DNA of 64,000 nucleotides from an uncultured Burkholderiales bacterium (GCA_903916355.1 CAIWWN010000270.1:6127-70126); one strand, 5' to 3'. Shown: positions 18,111-26,667, counted from the stretch's first letter. Notes: a model not told the origin generated them from the sequence alone. Program-made: numbers and translations.

Positions 18111-19088
18111 ATGAACCGCAACGAATGGATCACGCAGGCCGCCCGCTTGCAAGCCGCCGACCAGCCCTTTGCGTTGGTCACCGTGCTCAGCGCCCAAGCG
18201 CCCACCTCGGGCAAAGCGGGCGACAAAGCGGTGGTCACACCCGATGGCCAGATCCACGGCTGGATCGGCGGCGGCTGCGCCCAACCGGCCGTCATCCAAA
18301 CCGTGCGCCGCGCCTTGCTCGACGGCCAGCCGCGCAAGATCCGCATCACCCCTGCTGACGAAAGCGCCGAGCGCAATCTGGGCGATGTGCTCGAATTCGG
18401 CATGGCCTGTCATTCGGGCGGCACACTCGAATTGTTCATCGACCCGGTCATGCCCTTGGCCACCTTGACCGTGGTGGGCGACTCGCCGGTGGCGCGTGCC
18501 CTGGTGGGCCTGGCCCCGCGTGTGGGTTTGCGCGTGGCGGTGGTGGCACAGGGCGCACAGGCGGCCGATTTCCCCGATGCCGACACGGTGCTGGACAGCG
18601 ACGAAGCTGGCGCCGTGAGCGCCCGTCTGTCCTCACCGTTCGTGGTGGTGGCCACGCAAGGCCGCCGCGATGTGCAAGGCCTCAAAGCCGCCCTCGCCTT
18701 GCAGCCACAAGGCCTGTGGTTTGTGGCCAGTGCCCGCAAAGCCGGTGTGCTGCTGGGCAGCTTGGTGGCCAGTGGCGCAGACCCGGAGGCCGTGGCCCGC
18801 ATCGTGGCCCCGGCGGGCGCTTTCGTCGGCGCGCAAACGCCGGAAGAAATCGCCTTGTCGGTGCTCGCTGCGGTGGTGGCGGCGCGGCGCGGGCATGCAC
18901 CGCAGACGGCTGTTCGGCCTGCGGTACCACTGGCTGCCAGCAGTTGCTGTGGCGCAGCGAAAAAAACCGCCGCCGTACAGGCCGCCATCCCACCCGAGAC
19001 GCAAGCCGAACCGGCCCGGACAGCCGAGCCTGCGATGGTCACGGCCACTGTGGCCGCACCGGTCAAATCTTCTTGCTGTGGAGGCTGA
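18111..19088 (+). CDS. coxF: XdhC/CoxF/CoxI-family maturation factor with a Cys-rich C-terminal tail
   Basis: FALVTVLSAQAPTSGKAGDKAVV...GWIGGGCAQ..., CHSGGTLELFIDP, LTVVGDSPVARAL. The tail has two SSCCG motifs. Confidence 0.75.
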   Translation: MNRNEWITQAARLQAADQPFALVTVLSAQAPTSGKAGDKAVVTPDGQIHGWIGGGCAQPAVIQTVRRALLDGQPRKIRITPADESAERNLGDVLEFGMACHSGGTLELFIDPVMPLATLTVVGDSPVARALVGLAPRVGLRVAVVAQGAQAADFPDADTVLDSDEAGAVSARLSSPFVVVATQGRRDVQGLKAALALQPQGLWFVASARKAGVLLGSLVASGADPEAVARIVAPAGAFVGAQTPEEIALSVLAAVVAARRGHAPQTAVRPAVPLAASSCCGAAKKTAAVQAAIPPETQAEPARTAEPAMVTATVAAPVKSSCCGG

Positions 19089-19090
19089 AC

Positions 19091-19771
19091 ATGGGTTGCA
19101 TTCTCAAAGGCGGTGGTGGGCTTTACAGCCGACTGGCCGTGGGCGCGGTCTTGCTGGCGGCGGGCTCGGGCTCGCGCATGGGGCACCGCCCCAAAAGCCT
19201 GCTGGAGCTGGGCGGTGTGCCGCTGATACGCCGCCAGCTGATTGCGCTGTCGGGCGCGGGCATGGACGAGGTGGTGGTGGTGCTGGGCCACTACGCCGAG
19301 CGCATTGAAGAAGCGGTCAAAGAATTCCCGGTGACCTTGGTGCGCAACCCCGATCCAGACGCCGGCCAGATTTCCTCCTTGCGGTTGGGCTTGCAGGCGC
19401 TCTCGCCCAAGCTCGACGCGGTGCTGGTGGCACTGGCCGACCAGCCGCTGATCAACTCGCAAGACATCAACGACCTGATCGGCGCTTACAAAAAACGCCC
19501 CGAGGGCGCGCAGGTGGTGCAGCCCACGGTGGACGGCTTGCCGGGTAACCCGGTGATGTTCAGCAACGAGGTGCGCGAGCAAATTTTGGCGGGCGCAGCG
19601 AATGTGGGCTGCCGCCAATGGCAGTCCGCGCATCCCGAACAGGTGCATGCCTGGGTCAGCGCCAACCAACGCTACCGCACCGATGTGGACACGCTGGACG
19701 ACATCGAGGCGCTGGCCGCGCGCACCGGGCACCGGCTCAAGTGGCCGGCCGATTTGGCCTTGACGGCCTGA
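19091..19771 (+). CDS. mocA: MobA-like NTP transferase, probable molybdenum cofactor cytidylyltransferase
   Basis: AVLLAAGSGSRMG..PKSLLEL and ADQPLI motifs. It starts 2 nt after the coxF stop. Confidence 0.7.
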   Translation: MGCILKGGGGLYSRLAVGAVLLAAGSGSRMGHRPKSLLELGGVPLIRRQLIALSGAGMDEVVVVLGHYAERIEEAVKEFPVTLVRNPDPDAGQISSLRLGLQALSPKLDAVLVALADQPLINSQDINDLIGAYKKRPEGAQVVQPTVDGLPGNPVMFSNEVREQILAGAANVGCRQWQSAHPEQVHAWVSANQRYRTDVDTLDDIEALAARTGHRLKWPADLALTA

Positions 19772-19783
19772 CCGGCTCTGGCC

Positions 19784-20482
19784 ATGCTCCAACCCGACCC
19801 GCTCCACCGTTTTTGGCACACGCCCATTGGCGTGCATCGTTTCGCACAGGCCGAGGCGGTCAACGAAGTGCTGGTGCGGGTGTTTGCCGCGATGCGGGCC
19901 ACCGATGAGGCCGCAGCAGGCGGCCCCAAAGCTTTCTACGCCAGCCGCGACGACTTGCTGCAGCGCATCCGACTGCCCGAGTGGGAGCAGCTGGTGCGCT
20001 TCATTGTCGACAGCGTGCGCCAGACGGTGGTGCTGGCCAACCAAGCGGCCTGGCCCGAGGCCAAGCCGGGTTTGCAGATCGCGCTGCGCGGTATTTGGTT
20101 TCAGGTCGCCAGCCAAGGCAGCCACCACGATGTGCACACCCACGGCAACTGCTCGTGGTCGGGCGTGTACTGCCTGCAGGTCGATCCGCCCGAGCAGCGT
20201 AGCGCGCACGCGGTCCTTGGCGCGGCCAATGGCGTGACCCGCTTTTATGGCCCGCACTTCAACCGGCTGGGCGGCGCGGCCATGGATTTTGGCAACGCGT
20301 ATCTGCAAAACGCGCACCTCGACATCGAACCGGTACCGGGTCAGTTGGTGGTGTTTCCCTCGTGGCTGGCGCACCAGGCCATGCCCTACCACGGCAGCGC
20401 CGAGCGGGTGATCGTCTCCTTCAATGTGAGCGTGCACGCGGCCGGTGGCTCGGACCAGCTGCATGGCTATGCCCCGGTCTGA
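19784..20482 (+). CDS. TIGR02466 / 2OG-Fe(II)-oxygenase-like family protein, function unknown
   Basis: HHDVHTHGNCSWSGVYCL...GQLVVFPSWLAHQAMP...RVIVSFNV (H-x-H ... H, jelly-roll pattern). It starts 12 nt after mocA. Confidence 0.6.
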   Translation: MLQPDPLHRFWHTPIGVHRFAQAEAVNEVLVRVFAAMRATDEAAAGGPKAFYASRDDLLQRIRLPEWEQLVRFIVDSVRQTVVLANQAAWPEAKPGLQIALRGIWFQVASQGSHHDVHTHGNCSWSGVYCLQVDPPEQRSAHAVLGAANGVTRFYGPHFNRLGGAAMDFGNAYLQNAHLDIEPVPGQLVVFPSWLAHQAMPYHGSAERVIVSFNVSVHAAGGSDQLHGYAPV

Positions 20483-21638
20483 CGCCTTTCGGTCGCCCCG
20501 CGCTCAGCCTGCACAGGCTGCCCGGGCCGGCCATGCTTGGCTTGGCCAAGCGGGCGAGGTGGCGCAATGGACTGCGCAGTTGTTGGCCTGGCTGTGGTTG
20601 GGACAGCAGGGTGCGCACCTGGGCTGGCCTTGGGCCAGCGGTGTGCTGGCGGTGGCCGTGTGGTGGTCGCTGCGCGTGCTGTGCCGTGGCGCGGGTTGGG
20701 CTTTTCGCAGTCCTTCTGCGGTGGTGGGCTGTTTCGGATTTTTAACGGCTCTGGGGGCCTGGTTAACGGCTCAATTGGGCGCTGGCGTCGGCGCGCACGC
20801 GAGCTTGTTGGCACTGGCGGCGGTCTGGGGCGTGTGGAGCGCGCTGATCGAAACGCGCAGCCAGGTGAGCACGTTTTTGTTGGGTCGGCTGCCTTGGCCG
20901 TCGCTGGGGGCAGCAGTCTTGTTGGGGCTGGCGGCATGGGGCGGGCGCGGGCTGGGCGAGACCGAGTTGGCGCTGGGCGTGGGCTGGGTGCTGGCGCTGT
21001 GCGCCGCTGTGCTGTGCGCCCGAGACATCAGCGCAACTGGGCGGGCACGCGCTTGCAGCGGGGTAGGCCAAGCGCCTCAGAGTTTGTTGGCCCCGTCGGC
21101 CATGGGTTTGATGATGGGCACCTTGTGGCTGGGCCATGACTGGTGTTTGGGTGCAGGCTGGGGCACAGAACCGCTTGTGATCATCCATGTGGTCTTGATG
21201 GTCGGTTTGCCCGCCTTGGTGGCCGCGCTTTTCAATGCAGTGTGGCGCGCACGGCCAGGCCGAGGCTATTCGTTAGAGGGGCTGGAATGCGCAGGCCTGG
21301 CGTTGCTGTCGCTGGGTGCCTTGCTGGGATGGGGCAACGGCCAGCTGTCCATGCTTTTGCTTTCACTGGCTTGGGCGCTGCATTGCCACCGCGAACGCAG
21401 TGCCTTGCGCTTTGGGGGTCGGATGGGACCCTGGACTCGGCGCTGGCTGGCTCTGGCGTGCGGCCCCGCCATGCTGGTGGGGGTGGGGGCGGCCAGCCCT
21501 GTGCAGGGGCCATTGGCGTTAAAGATGGCGTTGACCGGGCTGGGGGTTTTGGCGGCAGCTTGTTTGCTGGTGCGGGTGTGGCCTGCCAGGCCGCACGGCT
21601 TGGTCGTCCAACCCAGTGCCGGCCTGCCCAGAAACTGA
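20463..21638 (+). CDS. Hypothetical Trp-rich polytopic membrane protein
   Basis: This is the only plausible frame in a 1.15-kb gap; the competing ORFs are Pro/Arg/Gly-rich junk. G/C-ending codons match the host. Roughly 9-10 hydrophobic segments and about 24 Trp. No family motif was recognised. Start uncertain (GTG 20445, ATG 20463 or 20469), overlapping the upstream gene. Confidence 0.45.
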   Translation: MAMPRSDAFRSPRAQPAQAARAGHAWLGQAGEVAQWTAQLLAWLWLGQQGAHLGWPWASGVLAVAVWWSLRVLCRGAGWAFRSPSAVVGCFGFLTALGAWLTAQLGAGVGAHASLLALAAVWGVWSALIETRSQVSTFLLGRLPWPSLGAAVLLGLAAWGGRGLGETELALGVGWVLALCAAVLCARDISATGRARACSGVGQAPQSLLAPSAMGLMMGTLWLGHDWCLGAGWGTEPLVIIHVVLMVGLPALVAALFNAVWRARPGRGYSLEGLECAGLALLSLGALLGWGNGQLSMLLLSLAWALHCHRERSALRFGGRMGPWTRRWLALACGPAMLVGVGAASPVQGPLALKMALTGLGVLAAACLLVRVWPARPHGLVVQPSAGLPRN

Positions 21639-21667
21639 AGGCGCGGCCCAGACCTGTTGGCGGCCGT

Positions 21668-22501
21668 TCACAGCCAGGGTTTGAGCCAACTCAAACCGCG
21701 CGAGGTGCCACCGCTGGTGGCATCCGCCGGGTTGTATTCGCAGCCGATCCAGCCGTCCCAGCCGCACTCGGCCGCCACGCGGTCGATGGTCTTGAACACA
21801 TGCGGCCAGTTCACCTCTCCGGTGCCCGGTTCGTGGCGGTCCGGCACTTCGGCGATCTGGAAATGCCCGACCCGTCCGGTCGGCAGGTATTTGGCGATGT
21901 TGGCGCTCAAATCGCCTTCCACAATTTGGCAGTGGAACAGGTCCATCTGCACTTTCACATTGTCAGCGCCCACGGCTTGCACGATGCGGTGCGCATCGTC
22001 CTGCCGGTTCAAATGAAAGCCCGGCACGCTGCGGGTGTTGATGGGTTCGATCAGCACATCGCGCCCGTCTTGCTTGGCCAGCGCGGCGGCCCAGGTCAGG
22101 TTGGCGATCAAGGTTTGGTCGTGCAGCGCCGTATCAACGCCAGGCGGGCGCAAGCCGACCATGGCGTGCACGCGGGGGCAGTTCAGGGCGGTGGCGTAAG
22201 TCAATGCCGCTGTGAACCCGGCGCGAAATTCCGCTTCGCGCCCCGGCACGCTGGCCGTGCCCCGGCTGCCTTGCGCCCAGGCGGCGTCAAAGCTGGCGGT
22301 GTCCAGGCCGCCGGACGGGGTGTTGAACAGCACCTGCTGCAAACCGTGGTCTTTCAAACGCGCCGCCAGCTCCAGCGCGGGAAAGGCATAGGGGAACAAA
22401 AACTCCACCGCCTTGAAGCCATCTTGCGCAGCCGCAGCAAAGCGGTCCAGAAATGGCAGGTCGGGGTACATCATCGAGAGGTTGGCGGCAAAACGGGGCA
22501 T
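21668..22501 (-). CDS. otnI: Hydroxypyruvate-isomerase-family TIM barrel, probable 2-oxo-tetronate isomerase
   Basis: MPRFAANLSMMY...GFKAVEFLFPY...IEPIN...FHCQIVEGDL...GHFQIA...GCEY, read together with the operon context. Confidence 0.7.
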   Translation of the reverse strand: MPRFAANLSMMYPDLPFLDRFAAAAQDGFKAVEFLFPYAFPALELAARLKDHGLQQVLFNTPSGGLDTASFDAAWAQGSRGTASVPGREAEFRAGFTAALTYATALNCPRVHAMVGLRPPGVDTALHDQTLIANLTWAAALAKQDGRDVLIEPINTRSVPGFHLNRQDDAHRIVQAVGADNVKVQMDLFHCQIVEGDLSANIAKYLPTGRVGHFQIAEVPDRHEPGTGEVNWPHVFKTIDRVAAECGWDGWIGCEYNPADATSGGTSRGLSWLKPWL

Positions 22502-22539
22502 GGGGAGTCCTGTGAATCAGTTCGGTCAAGGGGTGAGCG

Positions 22540-23208
22540 TTACCAACGTGCGCCAAAGCTTTGGCGCAGCTCGTCCAGCGCGGCGCTTGGCAGCGCGGGG
22601 GTGTGGGGTTGCAGCAGCATCAGCCGCGCGGTTTCTTCCAGTTCTTCCAGCGTGGCCATGGCGGCGGCCGGGCTGTCGTGCCAGACGTTGGGCCCCAGGC
22701 GCGTCAGCATCAGGGCGCGGATGGGCGTGCTTTGGGCGGCATAACGGCGAATCAACCGCGCCACGTCCTGGGCAGCATCTTCGCTGCCGGGGCGGTGATA
22801 GGGCACCAACGGTACATGGCCGACCTTCATCACAAAGTAGGGGGTGATGGGCGTCAGCAACTCGGGACCGGTGGCGTTCAAGCTCAGCGCCACGCAGTGC
22901 GTGCTGTGGGTGTGGATCACGCAGCGGGTGTGCGCATCGTGTTCGCAAGCGGCGGCGTAAATCTGGCGGTGCAGCGCAATGGTTTTGCTGCCCTTGTCGC
23001 CGCTGATTTGCTGGCCTTGCAGGTCCAGCTTGGCCAGGCGCGCCGGGTCTAAAAACCCCAAACAGGCGTCGGTGGGCGTGATCAAAAAACCATCGTCCAA
23101 ACGCACGCTGATATTGCCTGCCGTGGCATGCACATAGCCGCGCTCAAACAGGCTGCGGCCCACGCGGCAGATTTCGTCGCGGGCTTGGGATTCATTCAAG
23201 GCGGTCAT
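22540..23208 (-). CDS. otnC: Class II aldolase/adducin-family protein, probable 3-oxo-tetronate 4-phosphate decarboxylase
   Basis: GNISVRL..GFLITPT...VIHTHSTHCVALS. ATGA overlap with the upstream kinase stop. Confidence 0.7.
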   Translation of the reverse strand: MTALNESQARDEICRVGRSLFERGYVHATAGNISVRLDDGFLITPTDACLGFLDPARLAKLDLQGQQISGDKGSKTIALHRQIYAAACEHDAHTRCVIHTHSTHCVALSLNATGPELLTPITPYFVMKVGHVPLVPYHRPGSEDAAQDVARLIRRYAAQSTPIRALMLTRLGPNVWHDSPAAAMATLEELEETARLMLLQPHTPALPSAALDELRQSFGARW

Positions 23209-24485
23209 GCCAGCACTGTAAAGGCTTTGCTGAAGAAATCGGCGGTGCCAAAGTTGCCCGACTTGAGCGCGATGTGCACCCCGCCTGTGGCGGTGGGGGC
23301 AAAGCACCACGGCACGCCGGGGTCAATTTGCGGGCCGATCTGCAGCTGCGCAATGCCCAGGGCTTGCACGCAAGCGCCCGAGGTTTCACCCCCGGCCACC
23401 ACCAGTTGCTGCACACCGGCATCTACCAAGCCGCGCGCCACCGCCGCCAAAGCGTGTTCCACCAAAGCACCGGCCTCGGCCACGCCCAGCTGCGCTTGGA
23501 CTTGCTTGACCGCATCGGGCTCGGCGGTGGAGTACACCAGCACCGGGCCGTCTTGCAACAAAGGGGTGGCCCAGGCCAGCACCTGCTGCACCACGGCGTC
23601 GCTGTGGCCGTGCATCAGGCGGGCAGGGTCGATGGCGTACGCGGGGCGGCCCAGGGCCTTGAAATGGGCGACTTGGCCGTTGGTGGCCACCGAGCAACTG
23701 CCCGAGACCACGGCTTGCAGGCCACGGGCTGCAGGTAATTGGCTGGCTTGCAGCGAAGGGGCCAAGCCAAAGTTGGCCGGCAAACCAATTGCCACGCCCG
23801 AGCCTGCGGTGAGCAGCGGCAAGTCACTCAGCGCTGGGCCCATGCGCAGCAAGTCGGCGTTGCTGGTGGCGTCCACAATCGCCACGCCCACGCCCTCGGC
23901 GCGCAGCGCCTGAATACGCGCGCGAATCGCCGCCGCGCCTTGCGCCACGGTGGTGTGGTCGATCAAGCCGACCGATCGCTTTGTTTGCGCCTGCATCACC
24001 CGCACCAGGTTGGCGTCCGTCATCGGCGTGAGCGGGTGGTTTTGCATGCCCGACTCATTGAGCAGCACATTGCCCGCAAACAAATAGCCCTTGAACACGG
24101 TGCGCCCGTTGTCGGGGAAGGCGGGGGTGGCGATGGTGAAGTCGGTGTGCAGTGCCTCCATCAGCGCCTCGGTCACCGGGCCGATATTGCCCTCGGGCGT
24201 GCTGTCAAAGGTGGAGCAGTATTTGAAATAGATCTGCGGTGATTGACCATTGTGGCCTTGCGCCTGCAGCCACTTCAAGGCCTCAAGCGATTGAGCAATC
24301 GCTTCAGCCGCCGGGATGGTGCGCGATTTGAGCGCCACCACCACCGCGTCCACCTCGGCGGCCAGCGGCGAGCTCGGCACGCCAATGGTCTGCACCACCC
24401 GCATGCCTGCGCGCACCAGGTTGTTGGCCAGGTCGGTGGCACCGGTGAAGTCGTCTGCAATGCAGCCGAGTTTCAAAGCGCTCAT
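23205..24485 (-). CDS. otnK: Four-carbon acid-sugar kinase (DUF1537 family), probable 3-oxo-tetronate kinase
   Basis: MSALKLGCIADDFTGATDLAN... N-terminal signature and a C-terminal nucleotide-binding domain LVVAGGETSGA. Confidence 0.75.
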   Translation of the reverse strand: MSALKLGCIADDFTGATDLANNLVRAGMRVVQTIGVPSSPLAAEVDAVVVALKSRTIPAAEAIAQSLEALKWLQAQGHNGQSPQIYFKYCSTFDSTPEGNIGPVTEALMEALHTDFTIATPAFPDNGRTVFKGYLFAGNVLLNESGMQNHPLTPMTDANLVRVMQAQTKRSVGLIDHTTVAQGAAAIRARIQALRAEGVGVAIVDATSNADLLRMGPALSDLPLLTAGSGVAIGLPANFGLAPSLQASQLPAARGLQAVVSGSCSVATNGQVAHFKALGRPAYAIDPARLMHGHSDAVVQQVLAWATPLLQDGPVLVYSTAEPDAVKQVQAQLGVAEAGALVEHALAAVARGLVDAGVQQLVVAGGETSGACVQALGIAQLQIGPQIDPGVPWCFAPTATGGVHIALKSGNFGTADFFSKAFTVLA

Positions 24486-25387
24486 GCTTTGCCTTTCGGC
24501 AATTCAATGCCCGGGAAAATTTTGATCACCGCGCTGTCGTCTTCTTTGGCAAAGCCGGCGGTGCTGGCCTGCATGAACATCTGGTGCGCGGTGGAAGACA
24601 GCGGCAGCGGGAACTTGCTGGCGCGCGCCATGTCGAGCACCAGGCCCAGGTCTTTGACAAAAATATCCACCGCCGACAGCGGTGTGTAGTCCGCCGCCAG
24701 CACATGGGCCATGCGGTTTTCAAACATCCAGCTGTTGCCCGCGCTGTTCGTGATCACCTCGTACAAAGCGGCGGCGTCCACGCCTTCGCGCAGGCCCAGG
24801 GCCATGGCCTCGGCGGCGGCAGCAATGTGCACGCCGGCCAGCAGCTGGTTGATGATCTTGACCTTGCTGCCCGCGCCCGCGCTGTCGCCCAGCTTGTACA
24901 CCTTGGCGGCCATGGCATTGAGCAAGGGCTCGGCCACCGCATAGGCGGCCGGTTTGGCCGCCGTCATCATGGTCATTTGGCCAGCGGCGGCCTTGGCGGC
25001 GCCGCCTGAAATCGGCGCGTCCACATACTGCAAGCCCAGGGCCTCAAGACGTGCTTCGAGTGCCACCGACCAGTTGGGGTCCACGGTGGAGCACATCACA
25101 AACACGCTGCCGGGCTTCATGCTGGCCGCACACCCTGGGGTGGTGGCGTCGCCGAACAGCACGCTCTCGGTCTGCGCGGCATTCACCACCACCGAGACGA
25201 TCACGTCACAGGCCGCGCCCAAGGACGCCAGCGTGTCGTGCGCCATGCCGCCTTCAGCAGCAAAGGCGGCGGCCACCTCGCGGCGCACATCGAACACATG
25301 CACCGTGTGCCCGGCGCGGCGCAGCGACTGCGCCATGCCCGAGCCCATGGCCCCCAAACCGATCAAACCCACTGTGGTCGTGCTCAT
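24482..25387 (-). CDS. ltnD: NAD-dependent beta-hydroxyacid dehydrogenase, probable L-threonate (or D-erythronate) dehydrogenase
   Basis: VGLIGLGAMGSGMA Rossmann motif, 3-hydroxyisobutyrate-dehydrogenase-like. ATGA overlap with otnK. Confidence 0.65.
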   Translation of the reverse strand: MSTTTVGLIGLGAMGSGMAQSLRRAGHTVHVFDVRREVAAAFAAEGGMAHDTLASLGAACDVIVSVVVNAAQTESVLFGDATTPGCAASMKPGSVFVMCSTVDPNWSVALEARLEALGLQYVDAPISGGAAKAAAGQMTMMTAAKPAAYAVAEPLLNAMAAKVYKLGDSAGAGSKVKIINQLLAGVHIAAAAEAMALGLREGVDAAALYEVITNSAGNSWMFENRMAHVLAADYTPLSAVDIFVKDLGLVLDMARASKFPLPLSSTAHQMFMQASTAGFAKEDDSAVIKIFPGIELPKGKA

Positions 25388-25414
25388 TGGCAGAAATCCT
25401 TTGCATGGCTAAAG

Positions 25415-25425
25415 TTGTCAGACAA
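25415..25425. promoter_or_regulatory. Perfect palindrome TTGTCAGACAA, GntR/FadR-type operator candidate
   Basis: It lies 28 bp upstream of the ltnD start, in the 99-bp gap after the NIPSNAP gene. It matches the GT-N-AC core typical of GntR-family sites. Confidence 0.45.
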
Positions 25426-25486
25426 ATTTACCACGACCGAGGCGCAAAGCCATTTGAACCACCAAAGTGGGACGAAATTTGACGGT

Positions 25487-25804
25487 TTAAGGCTGGGGCC
25501 CCCAAGGCGCTGACAGCATCAGCTTGTTGTTTTGCTCGCGGATCAGCGGGCGGATTTTGGCGGCGAAGGCCATGAACTCGGGGTCGGCAAAGACGCCAGC
25601 CCAAAAGGCGCGGCGGTCGGCGTCGTCGTCGAATTTCCAGATGTGGATCAGCTCGTTGATGGCCCCAATGTCGCCGGTAAAGTAGCCCACCAGTTTTTGC
25701 GGGTGCTTGGCCAGCGCTGGCCAACCTTCGTTGGTGTACAGCGCCGTCAGTTCGGCCATTTTGCCGACGATGGCAGAGTAGGTGCGCAGTTCATAAATCG
25801 CCAT
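25487..25804 (-). CDS. NIPSNAP family protein
   Basis: MAIYELRTYS...YFTGDIGAINELIHIWKFDD..R. Confidence 0.7.
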   Translation of the reverse strand: MAIYELRTYSAIVGKMAELTALYTNEGWPALAKHPQKLVGYFTGDIGAINELIHIWKFDDDADRRAFWAGVFADPEFMAFAAKIRPLIREQNNKLMLSAPWGPQP

Positions 25805-25847
25805 GGTGTCTCCTGAGGGTGGGTGAAAAATCAGCGTTTAGAAAAGT

Positions 25848-26651
25848 TTACAGCGGTCGCAAGCCCGACAGCAGCGGCTGCGCCAAGCGCTCGCCTTCTT
25901 GTTGCCAAAACGCCGGGTCGGCACTGCGGATGCGGGTGATGGCGTTGTCCATGTGGGCGCTGGCGGCTTGGCGCGCCGCTTGCACGTCGCCCGCTTGCAG
26001 CGCTTGCACGATGGCACTGTGCTCGGCCTGCACCTGCGCCGCAAAGTCGACGCGCCGGGCCTCGTTGGCGCGGGTCACTTGCGTGGCACCGTGCAAAAAC
26101 TGACCCAGGTACGCCAGGGTTTGCAGCAAAAACGGGTTGCCCGCCGCGTCGGCAATCGCGCGGTGAAAGTTCACGTCTTGCGCCACACCGTCGCCCCCCG
26201 CCTGCACCGCCAATTCCAAGTCGCGCACCGCTTGCTGGATGCGCTGCAAGTCGGCTGGGCTTCGGCGCTGCGCGGCCAAGGCCGCCACCTCGGCTTCGAG
26301 GGCGCGACGCACCTCGACCATTTGAATCACCGCCGCTTGCGAGACCGTGTGCCGGGCGGCAAAGTCCAGCGGCGCAAACGGCGCTTGGGCACGGACATAC
26401 ACGCCGCTGCCCTGGCGTGAATCCACCAGTTTCAAGGATTTGAGGCGAGAGATGGCCTCGCGCACCACCGTGCGGCTGACCGCACATTGCGCCACCAACT
26501 GGGCCTCGGTGGGCAGTTTGTCGCCGGGCTTCAAAGCGCCGCGTTGAATTTCAAGGGCCAGTTGCTGCGCCACTTGATCGGCCAAGCGGCCACCCGATGT
26601 GACCGGCGTGAATGACCCTGTCAGCGCAAATGAGGGGGCAGGCGGGCGCAT
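25848..26651 (-). CDS. GntR/FadR-family transcriptional regulator
   Basis: LKPGDKLPTEAQLVAQCAVSRTVVREAISRLKSLKLVDSRQGSGVYV wHTH plus an FCD-type helical domain. Confidence 0.85.
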   Translation of the reverse strand: MRPPAPSFALTGSFTPVTSGGRLADQVAQQLALEIQRGALKPGDKLPTEAQLVAQCAVSRTVVREAISRLKSLKLVDSRQGSGVYVRAQAPFAPLDFAARHTVSQAAVIQMVEVRRALEAEVAALAAQRRSPADLQRIQQAVRDLELAVQAGGDGVAQDVNFHRAIADAAGNPFLLQTLAYLGQFLHGATQVTRANEARRVDFAAQVQAEHSAIVQALQAGDVQAARQAASAHMDNAITRIRSADPAFWQQEGERLAQPLLSGLRPL

Positions 26652-26667
26652 GCTGCGGCGGGAGGGC

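Noticed and set aside
18410-20464. 684-aa minus-strand ORF, one of the longest in the track
   Set aside because: It runs antisense to coxF, mocA and the TIGR02466 gene, all of which have recognisable motifs. Its translation is Ala/Arg/Pro/His-rich with no domain signature.
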